Assembly: GCA_949358305.1 (NCBI GenBank)
Contig: OX442314.1
Coordinates: 32,798,001 to 32,862,000, forward strand
Direction: 5' to 3'
Origin: Strigamia acuminata
Lineage: Eukaryota
DNA: 64,000 nucleotides
The notes beneath the pieces were generated by a model. It ran no database searches and was not told where the DNA came from. It saw nothing but the letters and a program-made list of their open reading frames with translations. Of this stretch, positions 62,048 to 64,000 are shown in pieces (the first letter of the stretch is position 1; every line of letters starts with the position of its first letter). Both the position numbers and the translations under genes were made by a program.

Positions 62048-62347
62048 CCGTACCGCCCCGTTTAAACGCCCGGGTTCAAAAAAGCGCCGGCCCCGTTTTA
62101 GCGCCGGGCAGTCATCGGCGGCTCACTAAATTAGCGCCGGTCCCGAATAAGCGCCGGGTCCCCCAAAAATCACCGATTTTTTGTAAAAAAATTGGTGATT
62201 TTGGCCGAAAAATCGGCATTTTTGGCGCAAAATCGGCAAATTTTTGGTTATGGGCCGGGTTCAATTTAGCGCCGGGTCTCAAATAGGCGCCGGGTAAGCG
62301 GCTGGAAAAACAATTAAACGCCCGGGCGTTTAAACGGGGCGGTACGG
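62048..62347. mobile_element. pogo/Tigger-like MITE
   Basis: TIR CCGTACCGCCCCGTTTAAACGCCCG with TA TSD. Absent from the paralogous site at about 10000. Confidence 0.92.
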
Positions 62348-62761
62348 TAAATAAATAAATAAATTCTTCAAAGAAACCATCCTACAGTGTTGGAAACCGT
62401 GCTGCCATCTAGTGACGCACAACCTAACAAATTAAAAATTTCCTATTAAGTGCTGCAGCAAAGGTTTTTCAATCAATAAATTCATATTTCCTACCAAAAC
62501 AAGTTTTAAAATCTATTAATTGCTAAAGCATTAAGAGACGACAAATGTTTAATGTATTCTCATTTTTGTATAATAAATTCACAAACATTCGACTTAAAGA
62601 ATGAAATGAAATGATTCTATAACACAAATAAATTAATCACGTGCAAGTACAGTTGCAAATATTGGTATAGAAGCAACAATTCTACAATGTACAGAGTAAT
62701 AATTATTTTGGACACTAGTCTGTTTCAGCTTTTATGTTGCACGCACGCTGCAAGATTGAAA

Positions 62762-63272
62762 TTAGGTGGAAAACCAAAGCTCCATAAGGAATATTATTCC
62801 AGAGCGAAAGATTCCTCCAATCAAAATTAGAAATGCTGTAATTGTGTGATAAATTGAGATGGGTTTGTACGCATAGTTTTTTATCTCGCAAAAAGCTGTT
62901 GTTTTGTACTTATCCTCAAGTCTGTTTAAGATTCCTTTTTCTTTTAAGTTTTAAATGCTGAAATGCAAAATACAAGTTTTAAATCTTAGCAAATTTATTC
63001 TCCCCCCACCCCTATCCACTTCTCATTAAAAAATTCAACCTATCTTGGTTTTTTATTTAATATGTAATAACCTGAAACAGCAATCGGAATTTTTATAAAA
63101 CTGAACGCAGTTTTCTCCGTACATCTGTGACAGGACATTGTACGCATCGATGATGGCATTGTTGTTCATCGAAAGCAGGCCTGGTGCATCACTGTCGGAA
63201 ATGTTTCCTTCTCCGGCACTTTTTTTTCATGCGAAGCCAAATTTCCCGTGTAAGATTTGTTTGTGAATTCTA
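62762..63272 (-). pseudogene. Ionotropic receptor copy 4, last two exons only, more diverged
   Basis: I*NLKEKGILNRLEDKYK...KPISIYHTITAFLILIGGIF...E with an in-frame stop and a shorter C-terminal tail. Confidence 0.8.
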
Positions 63273-64000
63273 CAATAAAAATATGACCAATGTTTACGTG
63301 GCCCAAAATCTATTGCAATCTTGCCCGTCAAGGAGAGCTTATTTGCGCAGTACCAGAAGTATACTACTAGTACACCCAATTCTTTTAGGATTTGATTTAA
63401 TGGCCCCCCAGAAATAATGGTTTTCCCCCCGAAGAAAACTAAACAAAAAAAACTCCTTAACCCCCAAAAAAAACCTCTTTTGTCCCCCGGATAACTGAAC
63501 TTCCCCCCAAAAAGAAATAACAGATTTTAATGCTTTTCTGGGCAGATAGAGTTCACTAAACCTTGTTGATACTTTATAACTTAAATGGCAACAAATTAAT
63601 AACCATCTTTGACTCATTTTACCCCCAACTAAAAAACCTTCCGAAGAAAACTGTTGATCTCTTATTCTCTCCCTAATAAAGGTTTCACATCCCATCATAT
63701 TTACTGCAATTATTGCCAAAGGTATTCTTCCCAAACCTATACAAACCGCGCACGGTATCTTGATGATAAATTCGTAGATGATTTTCTAATTCCAGTTGTT
63801 GTATGCCAGTATTAAGCCTAATATCACTGTAGGAATGTGCATCTTCCATGGTTCCAGTCATCATTTTAAATTTTGACATGCCACAGAGGATTATACATCA
63901 CATGAGTGGTGTAGGGAAAGAGAGGAGCGTAGGGTCTCAATCGACAAGTTGTTGTGTAGTGACCAAGAGCATGTCGGAATCGGCTCCACCATGAGCGGTT

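Overview
AT-rich eukaryotic DNA, most likely from an arthropod: it has short spliceosomal introns and ionotropic-receptor-type genes. The backbone is a decaying tandem array with four minus-strand copies of a divergent ionotropic (iGluR/IR-type) receptor gene, two plus-strand SRPK kinase pseudogene pieces, and six copies of a minus-strand promoter/first-exon module. About 42% of the window is LTR retrotransposon. This comprises three near-full-length BEL/Pao elements (one stop-riddled, one internally deleted, one with an intact 1730-aa ORF), a BEL solo LTR, a 2.2-kb BEL-derived mini-element and a Gypsy element that splits the SRPK pseudogene. An older Gypsy gag remnant, several hAT and Tc1/pogo MITEs with clear TSDs, a divergent 5S rRNA-like sequence and a tRNA-Ser half are also present. 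The most unusual features are (i) the recently inserted mini-BEL, which keeps a single 534-aa ORF joining a Gag N-terminus, Asn/Thr/Ala repeats, a protease remnant and the integrase tail, and (ii) the intact BEL element, whose LTRs end in AA rather than CA and whose polypurine tract is replaced by poly-C. All coordinates and comparisons were made by eye; no database searches were run.
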